Source of the DNA: Deltaproteobacteria bacterium
Lineage (GTDB): Bacteria; Desulfobacterota; GWC2-55-46; JADFVP01
DNA: 59,565 nt
Assembly: GCA_024275045.1 (NCBI GenBank)
Contig: JAJRZX010000073.1
Span: forward strand, 1 to 59,565
Direction: 5' to 3'
Part shown: piece by piece, positions 47,641 to 58,026 of the stretch
Layout: every line of letters begins with the position of its first letter
Position numbering within the stretch: position 1 is the first letter of the stretch
The notes under the pieces: model-generated
Databases searched by the model: none
What the model saw: the letters and a program-made list of their open reading frames with translations, nothing else
Told to the model about the DNA's origin: nothing
Program-made: the position numbers and the translations under genes

Positions 47641-48237
47641 TTAACCGCCGAGGTTCGCCTCAACAAAGTCCCAGTTAATGAGTTTCTCGGTAAAGGCTCC
47701 GAGGTAATCCGGGCGGCGGTTCTGATAGTCAAGGTAATAGGCGTGTTCCCAGACATCCACTGTGAGCAGCGGAGTAAGGTCGTGGGCTACGGGAGTATCC
47801 GCGTTGGTTGTCTTGATTATCTCAAGTTTATTGTCACGCAGAACAAGCCATGCCCAGCCGCTGCCGAACTGCGTTGCCCCTGCGGCCTTGAATGCCTCTA
47901 CAAATTTTTCATAACCACCGAGATCAGCCTCTATTTTTTTAAGTACAGGACCGCTTGGTGCGCCGCCTCCGCCCGGTCTTATACACTGCCAGTAAAAAGA
48001 GTGGTTCCAGACCTGCGCCGCGTTGTTAAATAACCCGGCCAGTGACGTATCACCTGCGGTTTTTTTAATAATGGTGAGCAGATCCGCCTCCGCAAGGTCT
48101 GTTCCTTCTATCATCTTATTGGTGTTATCAACATAGGCCCTGTGGTGCTTGCCGTAGTGAAACTCCAGGGTGCGCGCACTGATAACAGGTGCAAGGGCAT
48201 CCTCGGCAAATGGAAGATCAGGTAAAGTAATAGCCAT
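47641..48237 (-). CDS. sodB: Fe-type superoxide dismutase
   Basis: 198 aa. Motifs: FHYGKHH, AAQVWNHSFYW, DVWEHAYYLDYQNRR. Confidence 0.9.
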   Translation of the reverse strand: MAITLPDLPFAEDALAPVISARTLEFHYGKHHRAYVDNTNKMIEGTDLAEADLLTIIKKTAGDTSLAGLFNNAAQVWNHSFYWQCIRPGGGGAPSGPVLKKIEADLGGYEKFVEAFKAAGATQFGSGWAWLVLRDNKLEIIKTTNADTPVAHDLTPLLTVDVWEHAYYLDYQNRRPDYLGAFTEKLINWDFVEANLGG

Positions 48238-48482
48238 TTTTATCCCTCCTTTTTGTACCTCTCACCCTGTGTGCATTACCGGAAAACACTTTCATCAGGT
48301 TGATAAGGTGTGGTGTAAATCTAAATTGTGGAATCAGTATACTTTAAGTCTATTGCACTATGACGCTTTGTCAAGGTATGCCGTCTTTACACGGGGCGTG
48401 TATGGAGAGGTTTTTTCTGTGACCTTTTACCCGGGTGCTGCAAAGAGGGTTGATAGGGACTTTGGCGTTAAGGGCCATGAGT

Positions 48483-48938
48483 TTATTTTTTCTGTTTTCT
48501 CAGGGGCTCGCATTGACAGGTTGCTGAGATATCAGCGCATATGACATACCAGGGATTATCAAGCTCCGGCATGCCTGCGCTTCTGGAGAGACGCTTGCAG
48601 AGCGGCCTGCCGTGGTCCTGATCCATGGAGATGCCTGTGCATGCTTTTATCTTTTTTTCCTTTGAGGACTGCTTGCAGTAGGCCACGCACTCAAGGGCCC
48701 ATTTTATCTGCACATCGGCAACAGCGGGTGTTGAGACAGAGCACATGCCAACGTCCCAGATGGCTGTCATACAGGTATCGCTCGTGGGAAAACTATCGCC
48801 GTTTGCAACCCATGAGTCATGGTACCCTTTCTGCGGAGCGCAGCTGTACCGGGCGCAGCCTGCTGTAACAAAGAGGAGCATGAGGGCAACGGGGAGCAGA
48901 GTTTTAGCTTTTAGTACTCTTCTTATGGCTCTACTCAT
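48483..48938 (-). CDS. Cys-rich putative lipoprotein, unknown function
   Basis: The start is set at MSRAIRRVLKAKTLLPVALMLLFVTAGC (lipobox). The mature part has ten Cys. The ORF-track start at 49082 is probably an extension. Confidence 0.45.
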   Translation of the reverse strand: MSRAIRRVLKAKTLLPVALMLLFVTAGCARYSCAPQKGYHDSWVANGDSFPTSDTCMTAIWDVGMCSVSTPAVADVQIKWALECVAYCKQSSKEKKIKACTGISMDQDHGRPLCKRLSRSAGMPELDNPWYVICADISATCQCEPLRKQKK

Positions 48939-49262
48939 AACTTTTTTGTAAATCACATAGACCATGCCGTGCCATGAGATATTAAAGTAAAGGGTCGTGA
49001 GGTCTCTTTCCCTTATAACCGCTCTCTCTGTAAGCCTCTCTCGTAATGGGGAATATTTAGAGCATTTTATCAGAAAAAACATCAGATTTCAATGAGAGGA
49101 TGGGGGTATGTGCGCCCTTTTACCGGAGTTTTCACTCTTGTTTCAGAGCCCTCTGCTCTCTTATGAAAGTAAATGCTTTACTTTGCAGGGGAATAGGGTA
49201 TTTTTAAAGTATATGGTGTGAAAACCCGCTTAATAGGGTGAAAAATAAGAATCTGAGTAGAG

Positions 49263-49640
49263 GTGTATATAAATATGATTAATCACAAGCTGGTTCTCCC
49301 GGAGCACCTTAACCATTACGGTTATCTATTTGGCGGTTATCTCCTGCACTGGGTGGATGAGTACGCGTATATTACGGCCAACCTTGACTTTCCGGGTCGC
49401 AGGTTCGTTACCATTGGTCTTGAGAACGTGGTATTTAAAAAAGCCATACGCATGGGCTCTGTGCTGAAGTTTGATATTAACCTTGCGCGCCGCGGCAATA
49501 CCTCCGTAACATATGAGGTGAAGGTCTTTAGCGATTCCATTACAACAGGTGCCATGACAGCTGTTTTTGAGAACCGTATAACCTTTGTGAATATCGATGA
49601 AGAGGGCAACAAAGAGGCCATAGACAAAGAGGGTGGGTAG
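49263..49640 (+). CDS. Hotdog-fold acyl-CoA thioesterase (YciA-like)
   Basis: 125 aa. Motif: LNHYGYLFGGYLLHWVDE. Confidence 0.7.
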   Translation: MYINMINHKLVLPEHLNHYGYLFGGYLLHWVDEYAYITANLDFPGRRFVTIGLENVVFKKAIRMGSVLKFDINLARRGNTSVTYEVKVFSDSITTGAMTAVFENRITFVNIDEEGNKEAIDKEGG

Positions 49641-49791
49641 TGCCGCCACTGCCTCTCGCCGAGATGGTGAAAAAGACCTAAAAGTAAGAAGAGGCCATGA
49701 GAAGTCGGCCTGTCAACATTCCGCATGCCTTACCCTCGGCTCCCGCGTTGCTCCGCAAACGTTAAGTCAGGTAATACATATCAATGTTTCC

Positions 49792-49823
49792 TTGACTCTG
49801 GAGTATGCTTCAGGGTTTATACT
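49792..49823 (+). promoter_or_regulatory. MerR-type promoter: TTGACT, a 19-20 bp spacer with imperfect dyad ACTCTGGAG-TATG-CTTCAGGGT, then TATACT
   Basis: Read directly from the sequence. The over-long spacer containing a dyad is the hallmark of MerR-family promoters. The -10 ends 7 nt before the merR ATG. Confidence 0.4.
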
Positions 49824-49830
49824 TTACATT

Positions 49831-50223
49831 ATGAAGATAGGAGAGCTTTCAAGAGAGGCCGATGTCTCAGTAGAAACGGTGCGTTACTACGAGCGCCTGG
49901 GGCTTCTTCCGAAGGTAAGGCGTACAGAGTCCGGTTACCGGAAGTACTCGGAGGACGAACTCAGGCGCCTGAAGTTCATCGTACACGCAAAAGAGCTGGG
50001 TTTTACCCTTGACGAGATCGGCAGGCTTCTCTCCATACGTTCTGATGGAAGTGAGTGTGAGAGTGTAAGAGCTCTTGCAGAGTCCAAGGCTCGGGATTTA
50101 GAGTCCCGTATTAAAAAGATGTCACGCATGAAGTCTGTGCTTCTGGAGCTCGCCCGGCAATGTGAGAAGAAGGGTGTGCTTGACCCCTGTCCGGTGCTGA
50201 AGACGCTGGAGGAAGAGGAATGA
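49831..50223 (+). CDS. merR: Hg(II)-responsive MerR-family regulator
   Basis: MKIGELSREADVSVETVRYYERLGLL. Cys residues lie at the MerR metal-site positions (GSECES; CEKKGVLDPCP, with the Cys-x8-Cys-Pro spacing). The ORF-track start at 49633 is an extension. Confidence 0.8.
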   Translation: MKIGELSREADVSVETVRYYERLGLLPKVRRTESGYRKYSEDELRRLKFIVHAKELGFTLDEIGRLLSIRSDGSECESVRALAESKARDLESRIKKMSRMKSVLLELARQCEKKGVLDPCPVLKTLEEEE

Positions 50224-50555
50224 AGGGCTCCGGAATAAATGGAGAGAAGACAACTCTTACAGGTGCCGTTCTTGCAGGAGGGCTGGCCTCGGCCTGCTGT
50301 CTGGGACCGCTCATTGTTGTGTTATTAGGGCTTGGCTCGGCATCGTTTTTTGTGGCTATGGCACCCTATCGGCCCATATTCGCTCTTATAACTTTATCCC
50401 TGCTTGGTTGGGCAGGTTGGAGACATTGGCAGGGTAAAAAATTCTGTATTGCGAGCGGTTGTGCTCCCAAAAAACCTCTTATGCTCTGGCTCCTTGGCGG
50501 GTTTGCCGTCCTGCTCCTCATACTACCTGAGCTTCTTCCATATCTTATTAAATAG
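50220..50555 (+). CDS. merT: Mercuric ion transporter MerT
   Basis: 111 aa. LASACCLGPL in TM1, APYRPIF, and a second Cys pair FCIASGC. Confidence 0.85.
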   Translation: MKGSGINGEKTTLTGAVLAGGLASACCLGPLIVVLLGLGSASFFVAMAPYRPIFALITLSLLGWAGWRHWQGKKFCIASGCAPKKPLMLWLLGGFAVLLLILPELLPYLIK

Positions 50556-50568
50556 GGAGAGTTTTGTA

Positions 50569-50865
50569 ATGGGCAAAATCATATTAATGGCTGTCTTTCT
50601 CTTATCCCTGTTTGTACCCTCAAACCATGTCTTTGCAAAGGAGGTGACTGCTGTCCTCCATGTCTCCGGCATGACCTGCAGCGCCTGTCCCATAACCATA
50701 CGCCGCCGTCTATTGACGATGAGAGGCGTGAGCAAGGCCGTTGTTAAGATGGCTGCCGGCACGGCCACTGTAAGCTTTGAAGACAACGTACAATCCGCAG
50801 CCGCTATGGCCGACGCTATTACAAAGCTGGGCTATCCAACGACGCTGAAGGGAGAGGCAAAGTGA
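50569..50865 (+). CDS. merP: Periplasmic mercury-binding protein MerP (HMA domain)
   Basis: Signal peptide plus GMTCSACP. The start is set at MGKIIL with an AGGGAGA RBS. The ORF-track start at 50404 overlaps merT. Confidence 0.85.
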   Translation: MGKIILMAVFLLSLFVPSNHVFAKEVTAVLHVSGMTCSACPITIRRRLLTMRGVSKAVVKMAAGTATVSFEDNVQSAAAMADAITKLGYPTTLKGEAK

Positions 50866-51090
50866 GAAGGTCAAGACTTCTTGCCACGGGTATAATCGGC
50901 TCTATTCTCGCTGCACTCTGTTGCTTTACCCCTATTCTGCTCATACTTTTTGGTCTGGCGGGGTTTGCGGCATGGACAGGATATCTTGATTACGTTCTCA
51001 TGCCAGCTCTGGTGTTTTTCATTGGTTTAACGGTATATGCCTACATGAAAAAAGAAAAGGGGAACGGTGAGTGCTGTAATCAAAACAAGG

Positions 51091-51107
<17 letters not shown>
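50862..51107 (+). CDS. merF: Two-TM mercury transporter MerF
   Basis: 81 aa. Motifs: ALCCFTPILLILFG, TGYLDYVLMPAL and a C-terminal CC pair. Confidence 0.8.
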
Positions 51108-52515
<1,408 letters not shown>

Positions 52516-52727
52516 GCTAAGTCAGCGGTATTTTATAAAAAGCAGTTCATCTCACACCCATTTTTCTCACGCTCCTTGCCGTGCTTCTGCATTGACAACT
52601 TAAACTCAAAAATTGTAATATAATAGACCTGTTTTACGTTGAGGTAATAAAGCGGTGTTTTCCATATATCCGTAAAAACACCGCTTTCTTTATGATAAAT
52701 TTTAATTAAATTTCTTCCGGGGGGAAT

Positions 52728-54437
52728 ATGTCATTTAAAAAATTAAGAAGATTCAGGGGCTTGTTGGTTTTATTGCTGGTAGGGCTCTTTGTTGCGGCCG
52801 GGTGCTCCAAAGAGGCCGAAAAATCCGAGAAGGTGCCCGAGCCCTCAACATCAGTCTCCGGCGCTGTGAGTACTGACAACTCTGAGCAGCAGGGTGAAAA
52901 AGTCTGGATAAAACGGTGGGCCTTTGCGCGGCCTCTGCAGGTTAAGCGCGCCGGGGTAGCCGCGGTGGTTGTAGGCAAGAGGATATACGCCATTGGCGGC
53001 GGCGAGTTCAGCAGAAAGGGCCTTGAGATTTTCAAGTCCGTTGAGTATGCCGATGTCTTGCCTGACGGCACTCTTGGCCCGTGGAAGTTCTCAAGCCCTC
53101 TTACCATGCCGCGAGTCTATCCCGTGGCGGTAATTCACGGTGATTTTATTTACGTCATGGGAGGGGAATCCCTTGATGAGCTTTACACCGGCGCAGAGGA
53201 TCAGAAGGCGCCGAAACTACTCAAATCCGTGGAGAGGGCCAGGATAAACCCTGACGGCACTCTTGGCAAGTGGACGCTGGAGAAGGTAAAGATGCATTTT
53301 CCCCGCCGCGGCGGTGAGGTATACGCCGTAGGGGGCTGGCTGTACGCAGGTGGTGGTTTTGGCGGCGACTTCTTGAACGATGTTGAGCGTGCCCGCATAA
53401 ATCCCGACGGCAGCCTTGGGGAGTGGGAGGATGAGAGTTTCTTTAATAACGACAGATATATCTCAGGCTTTGCAAGAAAGGGCCGCAGGCTCTACGTCAT
53501 GGGCGGGCATATAAACAGCCCGGCGCGCGCCATGAACTCTGTGGAGACCGCCGAGGCGCGCCCTGACGGCACGCTTACGGAGTGGGAGGAGACGAGCCCG
53601 CTGTATACGAAACGCTTTTTAAATACCTCTCTTGTAAACGGAGATACCATATATACCTTTGCCGGTCACAACACCATTAACCTTACAAGTGTTGAGAAGG
53701 CTAAAATCCTGCAAGACGGCAGACTTGGCAAATGGGAACCTGATACGCCTCTTAATGTGGCCAGAAGGGCTGCCTCCGCCGTTGAGGTAGGCAATAGGCT
53801 CTATGTCATAGGCGGTATGGTAAAACCCATGGGTGTCTCTGATTCCGTTAATATAGTTGAGACTGCGGAGATTGTTGCCGGCAAGGCCCTTGGCAATTAT
53901 GTCCCCGAAGGCTCCAAGGCCTATGAGGAATATGAGGCGATTAAGGATACCGTGCCTACTGATGCCATGAATCATATCTCACACGGCAAGGCTTATTACA
54001 GGAAAAAGGCCTTTAAGAGTGTGCTCTTTGACGCAAAAGAGGCCTTGAAGGAATACCCTGATATGCCGGAGGCCTATAATCTCATGGCCGATACATACTT
54101 TGCCATGGGGAATAAAAAGGCCGCCCTGAAGTCGCTGAAAAAATCCCTGAAGATAAGAGAGAACTTCTACGCCCTTGTGGGACTTGGTTTTATGGCCTAT
54201 GACAAGGGTGAGTTCGGCGAGTCGGCTGAGCTTTACAAGAGGGCCCTCGAAATTGAGCCTGATTCTATCGGCACTCACTTTAATCTTGGAGACGCCTACT
54301 ACAACAGCGGGGCCTTTGAGCTGGCGGCTAAAGAGTTTAAGTGGGTTCTTGCGAAAAAGCCTGACCTGAAAGAGGCTGAGATGCTTCTGGATATGAGCCT
54401 TAAGCGTCTTGGCGGAAAGGGTCATAAGCTGCATTAA
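52728..54437 (+). CDS. Lipoprotein with Kelch-type beta-propeller repeats and a C-terminal TPR domain
   Basis: 569 aa. Lipobox LFVAAGC. There are about six repeats of the form INPDGTLGKW...Y(A/V)xGG. The TPR-like tail reads AYNLMADTYFAMGNKKAALKSLKKSL. Confidence 0.7.
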   Translation: MSFKKLRRFRGLLVLLLVGLFVAAGCSKEAEKSEKVPEPSTSVSGAVSTDNSEQQGEKVWIKRWAFARPLQVKRAGVAAVVVGKRIYAIGGGEFSRKGLEIFKSVEYADVLPDGTLGPWKFSSPLTMPRVYPVAVIHGDFIYVMGGESLDELYTGAEDQKAPKLLKSVERARINPDGTLGKWTLEKVKMHFPRRGGEVYAVGGWLYAGGGFGGDFLNDVERARINPDGSLGEWEDESFFNNDRYISGFARKGRRLYVMGGHINSPARAMNSVETAEARPDGTLTEWEETSPLYTKRFLNTSLVNGDTIYTFAGHNTINLTSVEKAKILQDGRLGKWEPDTPLNVARRAASAVEVGNRLYVIGGMVKPMGVSDSVNIVETAEIVAGKALGNYVPEGSKAYEEYEAIKDTVPTDAMNHISHGKAYYRKKAFKSVLFDAKEALKEYPDMPEAYNLMADTYFAMGNKKAALKSLKKSLKIRENFYALVGLGFMAYDKGEFGESAELYKRALEIEPDSIGTHFNLGDAYYNSGAFELAAKEFKWVLAKKPDLKEAEMLLDMSLKRLGGKGHKLH

Positions 54438-54665
54438 GGTTTTTTAAGTCCTGGCGGAGAGCTTTTAAGGGGAGCGGAGTCTGGCAGAACTCGGCCAACG
54501 CGGCCTCTGTGATGTTGTTATATGCTTATGAGTTTTTGTTTGTAGAGTGCTTGGTTGTATTTTACAAGTATTGTCTTCTCTACGGGGTATGGGAGTAAGG
54601 GGGGAGGGGGCTGTGAGTATAAAAGCAGCAAATCTTAAGGGTACAGAGTCCTCTTTGGCAGGTCT

Positions 54666-55031
54666 TTACTTCGCCGTGCACTTACAGAGTACTCTAAGGT
54701 AGTCCTTGAGCTCGCTTATCTCTTTTTTCGTAAGGGTGTTTCCAAATGGCGGCATCATCCTTGACCTGTTTGTGGCGGCCCCGCCTTCCATAATTACCTG
54801 CATAATTTCCTTATCCGTTAACTTACCCATTTTTGCGGCGTTTGTGTGATTTCTCGGTTTTACGGGCTGGGTCTTTGTGTTATTGGGGCCATCGCCCTTG
54901 CCCTCGAGCCCGTGGCACGAGGAGCAGTAAAAGCGGTAGTTGTCCTTTGCCGCCGCAGCAAATGCAGAGGCAGAGAAGGCTGTTATGATAATGGCGATTG
55001 CCGCTGATTGTATCAGGTTTTTATAGCTCAT
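54666..55031 (-). CDS. Mono-haem c-type cytochrome
   Basis: 121 aa with a signal peptide, CSSCH, and a distal Met region RMMPPFG. Confidence 0.75.
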   Translation of the reverse strand: MSYKNLIQSAAIAIIITAFSASAFAAAAKDNYRFYCSSCHGLEGKGDGPNNTKTQPVKPRNHTNAAKMGKLTDKEIMQVIMEGGAATNRSRMMPPFGNTLTKKEISELKDYLRVLCKCTAK

Positions 55032-55040
55032 ATTTTTTTA

Positions 55041-55811
55041 TCACTTCTGCACTGATATATAGGCGACAAGGGCCTTTAACTTAATCTCTGAGAGCATCTT
55101 CGAGTAATTCGGCATTGGGCTTCGAGGCGTGAAGGCCCCGGGGTTCTTAATATAGCTGTAGATCCACTCAGGGTTAAGCCTCTCGGCTGTTCCAAGAAGC
55201 GTAGGTCCCGTGAGTCCGCCAACTATTCGCGAGCCACGCCTAATAGTATGGCAGCCGTAACACCCCAACTTTTTCTGAAATATAAAACGGCCCCGTACCG
55301 TGGCCTTTGGTTTAATCTCCACCTCGAGCATATCAGGAGATTTTAGTCCCTGAAGATAAGCGGCAACCTCTTCTGCCTCTTTGGAGTCAAGGGCCATGTG
55401 CCCTCCCTCTGACTTTTCAGTAAGGGAGTTATACTTCATGCCGCGTATGGGTTTCGGGTCCTGAAGCCAGCGGCTTATAAACCCTTCTTTGTACTTGCTT
55501 CCCGCGTACCACATGGCAGGGCCCTTCTCATTAAGCGCCTCTTCCACTGTGGGCCGTCTTGTTGGTCTGGTTATGCTGTGACATGTCGCGCACTCTGCCG
55601 TAAAGATATCCCTGCCGCCGGCATCTGCCGGTGCGGGGATGAAGAGGGATGCCGTGAAGATGATTGTCAGAGAGGCAAGGACAGAGGCGGCGCTTTGAAT
55701 CAAGACCCAAGGACTTGAAGAGACCTTGGGTGATATGATTTTTTTTGTGCGAATCAACATACTGTCCTTGTATAAAAGTAGGGGGCTTTTGTCAAGATTT
55801 ATCATGGGCAT
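55041..55811 (-). CDS. Di-haem c-type cytochrome
   Basis: CATCH and CYGCH motifs. The likely true start is MLIRTKK at about 55760, followed by a signal/TM segment. Confidence 0.7.
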   Translation of the reverse strand: MPMINLDKSPLLLYKDSMLIRTKKIISPKVSSSPWVLIQSAASVLASLTIIFTASLFIPAPADAGGRDIFTAECATCHSITRPTRRPTVEEALNEKGPAMWYAGSKYKEGFISRWLQDPKPIRGMKYNSLTEKSEGGHMALDSKEAEEVAAYLQGLKSPDMLEVEIKPKATVRGRFIFQKKLGCYGCHTIRRGSRIVGGLTGPTLLGTAERLNPEWIYSYIKNPGAFTPRSPMPNYSKMLSEIKLKALVAYISVQK

Positions 55812-55937
55812 GTCCTGATTTTGGCGGTCCCTGAGATGGTTGATAAAGGTCGTTTTTTACCTTGCAGGCGCTAATATGCCCTTCTGAGAGAGCCCTCCAG
55901 ACCCGCGTGCAGGGTTCCGTGAAAATTTTTTCTTGAC

Positions 55938-55956
55938 ATTCTACGGGCCGTAGAAT
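55938..55956. promoter_or_regulatory. Operator palindrome ATTCTAC-N5-GTAGAAT inside a TTGACA-N17-TATCAT promoter of the BlaI/CopY-type repressor gene
   Basis: Read directly from the sequence. The same arms occur at 56603-56621. Confidence 0.5.
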
Positions 55957-55968
55957 ATCATATAGGTT

Positions 55969-56373
55969 ATGAACAACTCGACTTACAAAGGCATGCTTGG
56001 CACTCTTGAGCAGGAAATCATGGATACACTGTGGGCACGCGGGGGTATGAGCGGCAGGGCCGTACACGAACACATTCAAAAATCCCGTCCCGTGGCCATT
56101 ACCACCGTACTTACAGTAATGGAGAGGCTTCGTAAGAAGGGGCTTCTGAAAAAGGCCAAGAGCGATGGTGTTTTTATATACGAGACAAGTAAGACAAGAG
56201 ACGAGTTTGCCCGCACTCTCTCAAGCAGGCTCTTTAAGGATGTACTTGATATCTCCACGGGCTCGGCTACGGCCTGTTTTGTAGACGCCCTTGCGGAGGT
56301 AGACCCTGATGAGCTGAAGAGGCTTGATCTGCTCATTAAAAAGAAGAAAAAAGAGCTGGAGACAAAGGGCTGA
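55969..56373 (+). CDS. BlaI/MecI/CopY-family winged-helix repressor
   Basis: 134 aa. LEQEIMDTLWARGGMSGRAVHEHI...VAITTVLTVMERLRKKGLL is typical of the Penicillinase_R family. Confidence 0.8.
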   Translation: MNNSTYKGMLGTLEQEIMDTLWARGGMSGRAVHEHIQKSRPVAITTVLTVMERLRKKGLLKKAKSDGVFIYETSKTRDEFARTLSSRLFKDVLDISTGSATACFVDALAEVDPDELKRLDLLIKKKKKELETKG

Positions 56374-56602
56374 TAGGGGCCCCACGGGGGTGCGCATGAG
56401 TTTCCCATTAGCCGTGGGTTCTTGGGGGTTGGTCTGAGAGACGAAAAAGGGCTTAACTTGTAATCAGTTTTTTTATACCTCGTTTTATTGCTCTTACTCC
56501 AACGGTGCTACTGCACTTAGCGGAGAGTCTTTGGCAGAGGTGGTTTTTTTTATTCGTAAGTGATAAGGTTTGGCAGGTAAAAAACCTTTTTTTTGTCTAA
56601 CC

Positions 56603-56621
56603 ATTCTACGCCTTGTAGAAT
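56603..56621. promoter_or_regulatory. Second copy of operator palindrome ATTCTAC-N5-GTAGAAT, overlapping a TAGAAT -10 upstream of the efflux operon
   Basis: Read directly from the sequence. TTGTCT-N18-TAGAAT, with an AAGGA RBS before the ATG at 56649. Confidence 0.5.
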
Positions 56622-56648
56622 AAACTGAGTTATTAATAAGGATATTCA

Positions 56649-58013
56649 ATGTTGAGCTTTAATAGAGTTGCTAAGGCAGAGTCTTGGACACGTAAAGGGC
56701 AATGGTCTGCGGTGATGATCTTTTTTATGCTTACCTTCTTTCTTCTTGCCGGTCTTGCGTACGGCGAGTCCGAGCCGGCAGGAGGGGATGCAAAAGCAGG
56801 TAAAGCTCAGGTTGCTGAGCCGGGTCTTCTCGAACTCAAGGACTTTTTAGATATAGCGCTGAGACAAAACCCATCCCTTAAGGCTGCGCGGCGCCATTGG
56901 AAGATGAAAGAGTATCGCCCGGCCCGGGTTAGAAGCCTTGAAGACCCGGTACTAAAGTACACCGAGGCCGCACGTGAGGTTGAGACGCGTCTTGGGCCCG
57001 TGGACCGTACCTTTTCTCTTAATCAGAAGCTGCCCTTTCCGGGCAAGCTTCGCCTCAAGGGAAGTATCGCCGAGAAAGAGGCCGAGATAGCAAGGGTTGC
57101 TTATGAAAAAATTCTAAGAGACCTTACGGCAGAGGTGCGTAAGACTTATTACGAGCTTTATTTTGTTGATATGGCCGTTGACCTGCAAGAAGAGAACGAG
57201 GCCGTGCTGGATTACTTTGCGGAGATAAGCAGGCGCAATTATGGTCTTGATGTATCTGAGCTTGATGAGCTTGTAAGGGCGCAAAGGTCCTCGGCCAAGG
57301 CCACATTCAGCCTTTATAAGGCAAAGGATATGCGCGAGACCGTTGTGGCTCGTCTTAATGCCCTCCTTGACAGGGCCCCTGATACAGAGGTAGGACGCCT
57401 CAGTGAACCGGACTTTATTGAGCTGCATACGCCGGTAAACGAGATGTACGAGATGGCAGCTAAAAACAACGAGATGGTGAGAATGGCGGGGCTGAGGGTT
57501 GAAAAAAGCGAGCTTGAGAAAAGGCTCGCCGGTTTTGCCTATAAACCCAATTTCAGCGTTGGGGTGAATTACGCTCAGATCGGACTGCCGCCCTCTGTGG
57601 TAAAGGACGGCGGCAGCGATGCTCTCTCCTTCTCGGTTGGCGTAAGTCTGCCGCTCTGGCTTGGAAAGAACAGGGCAGGCGTGGCTGAGAAAAGGGAGCT
57701 GATAAATAAGTCGCGCTTTGATAAGAGGGCCACGCTGGTGCAGGTAAAGTCCCTTGTTGATAAGGTCTACTACAGTATGAGTACCGCAAAGAGCATCGCT
57801 CAGATATATAAAAAGCGCTTTATACCTGAGGCAAAAGACTCCATGGACTTTGCCGAGGCCCGCTATAAGACGGGCAAGGAGTCTCTTGGCAGGCTCCTTG
57901 AGACGCAGTCCATGTGGATTGATTTCAGGCTCTTATACTATCGCGCCTTTACGGATTACCTTAAAGACATTGCCGAGTTAGAGAGACTTACGGCCAGTGA
58001 ACTAATAAAATGA
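56649..58013 (+). CDS. TolC-family outer-membrane efflux protein (CusC/CzcC-like)
   Basis: 454 aa with a signal/TM segment and two OEP-type repeats. It is followed directly by the adaptor gene. Confidence 0.8.
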   Translation: MLSFNRVAKAESWTRKGQWSAVMIFFMLTFFLLAGLAYGESEPAGGDAKAGKAQVAEPGLLELKDFLDIALRQNPSLKAARRHWKMKEYRPARVRSLEDPVLKYTEAAREVETRLGPVDRTFSLNQKLPFPGKLRLKGSIAEKEAEIARVAYEKILRDLTAEVRKTYYELYFVDMAVDLQEENEAVLDYFAEISRRNYGLDVSELDELVRAQRSSAKATFSLYKAKDMRETVVARLNALLDRAPDTEVGRLSEPDFIELHTPVNEMYEMAAKNNEMVRMAGLRVEKSELEKRLAGFAYKPNFSVGVNYAQIGLPPSVVKDGGSDALSFSVGVSLPLWLGKNRAGVAEKRELINKSRFDKRATLVQVKSLVDKVYYSMSTAKSIAQIYKKRFIPEAKDSMDFAEARYKTGKESLGRLLETQSMWIDFRLLYYRAFTDYLKDIAELERLTASELIK

Positions 58014-58026
58014 GAGGCTACTTCAG

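Noticed and set aside
49633-49830. N-terminal 66-aa extension of the MerR ORF, and the similar upstream extensions of MerP (50404-50568), DnaJ (30077-30166) and the histidine kinase (41385-41471)
   Set aside because: The extensions have no family similarity. They overlap upstream genes or promoters, and internal ATGs give canonical N-termini (MKIGELS..., MGKIIL..., [19 protein letters not shown]...).
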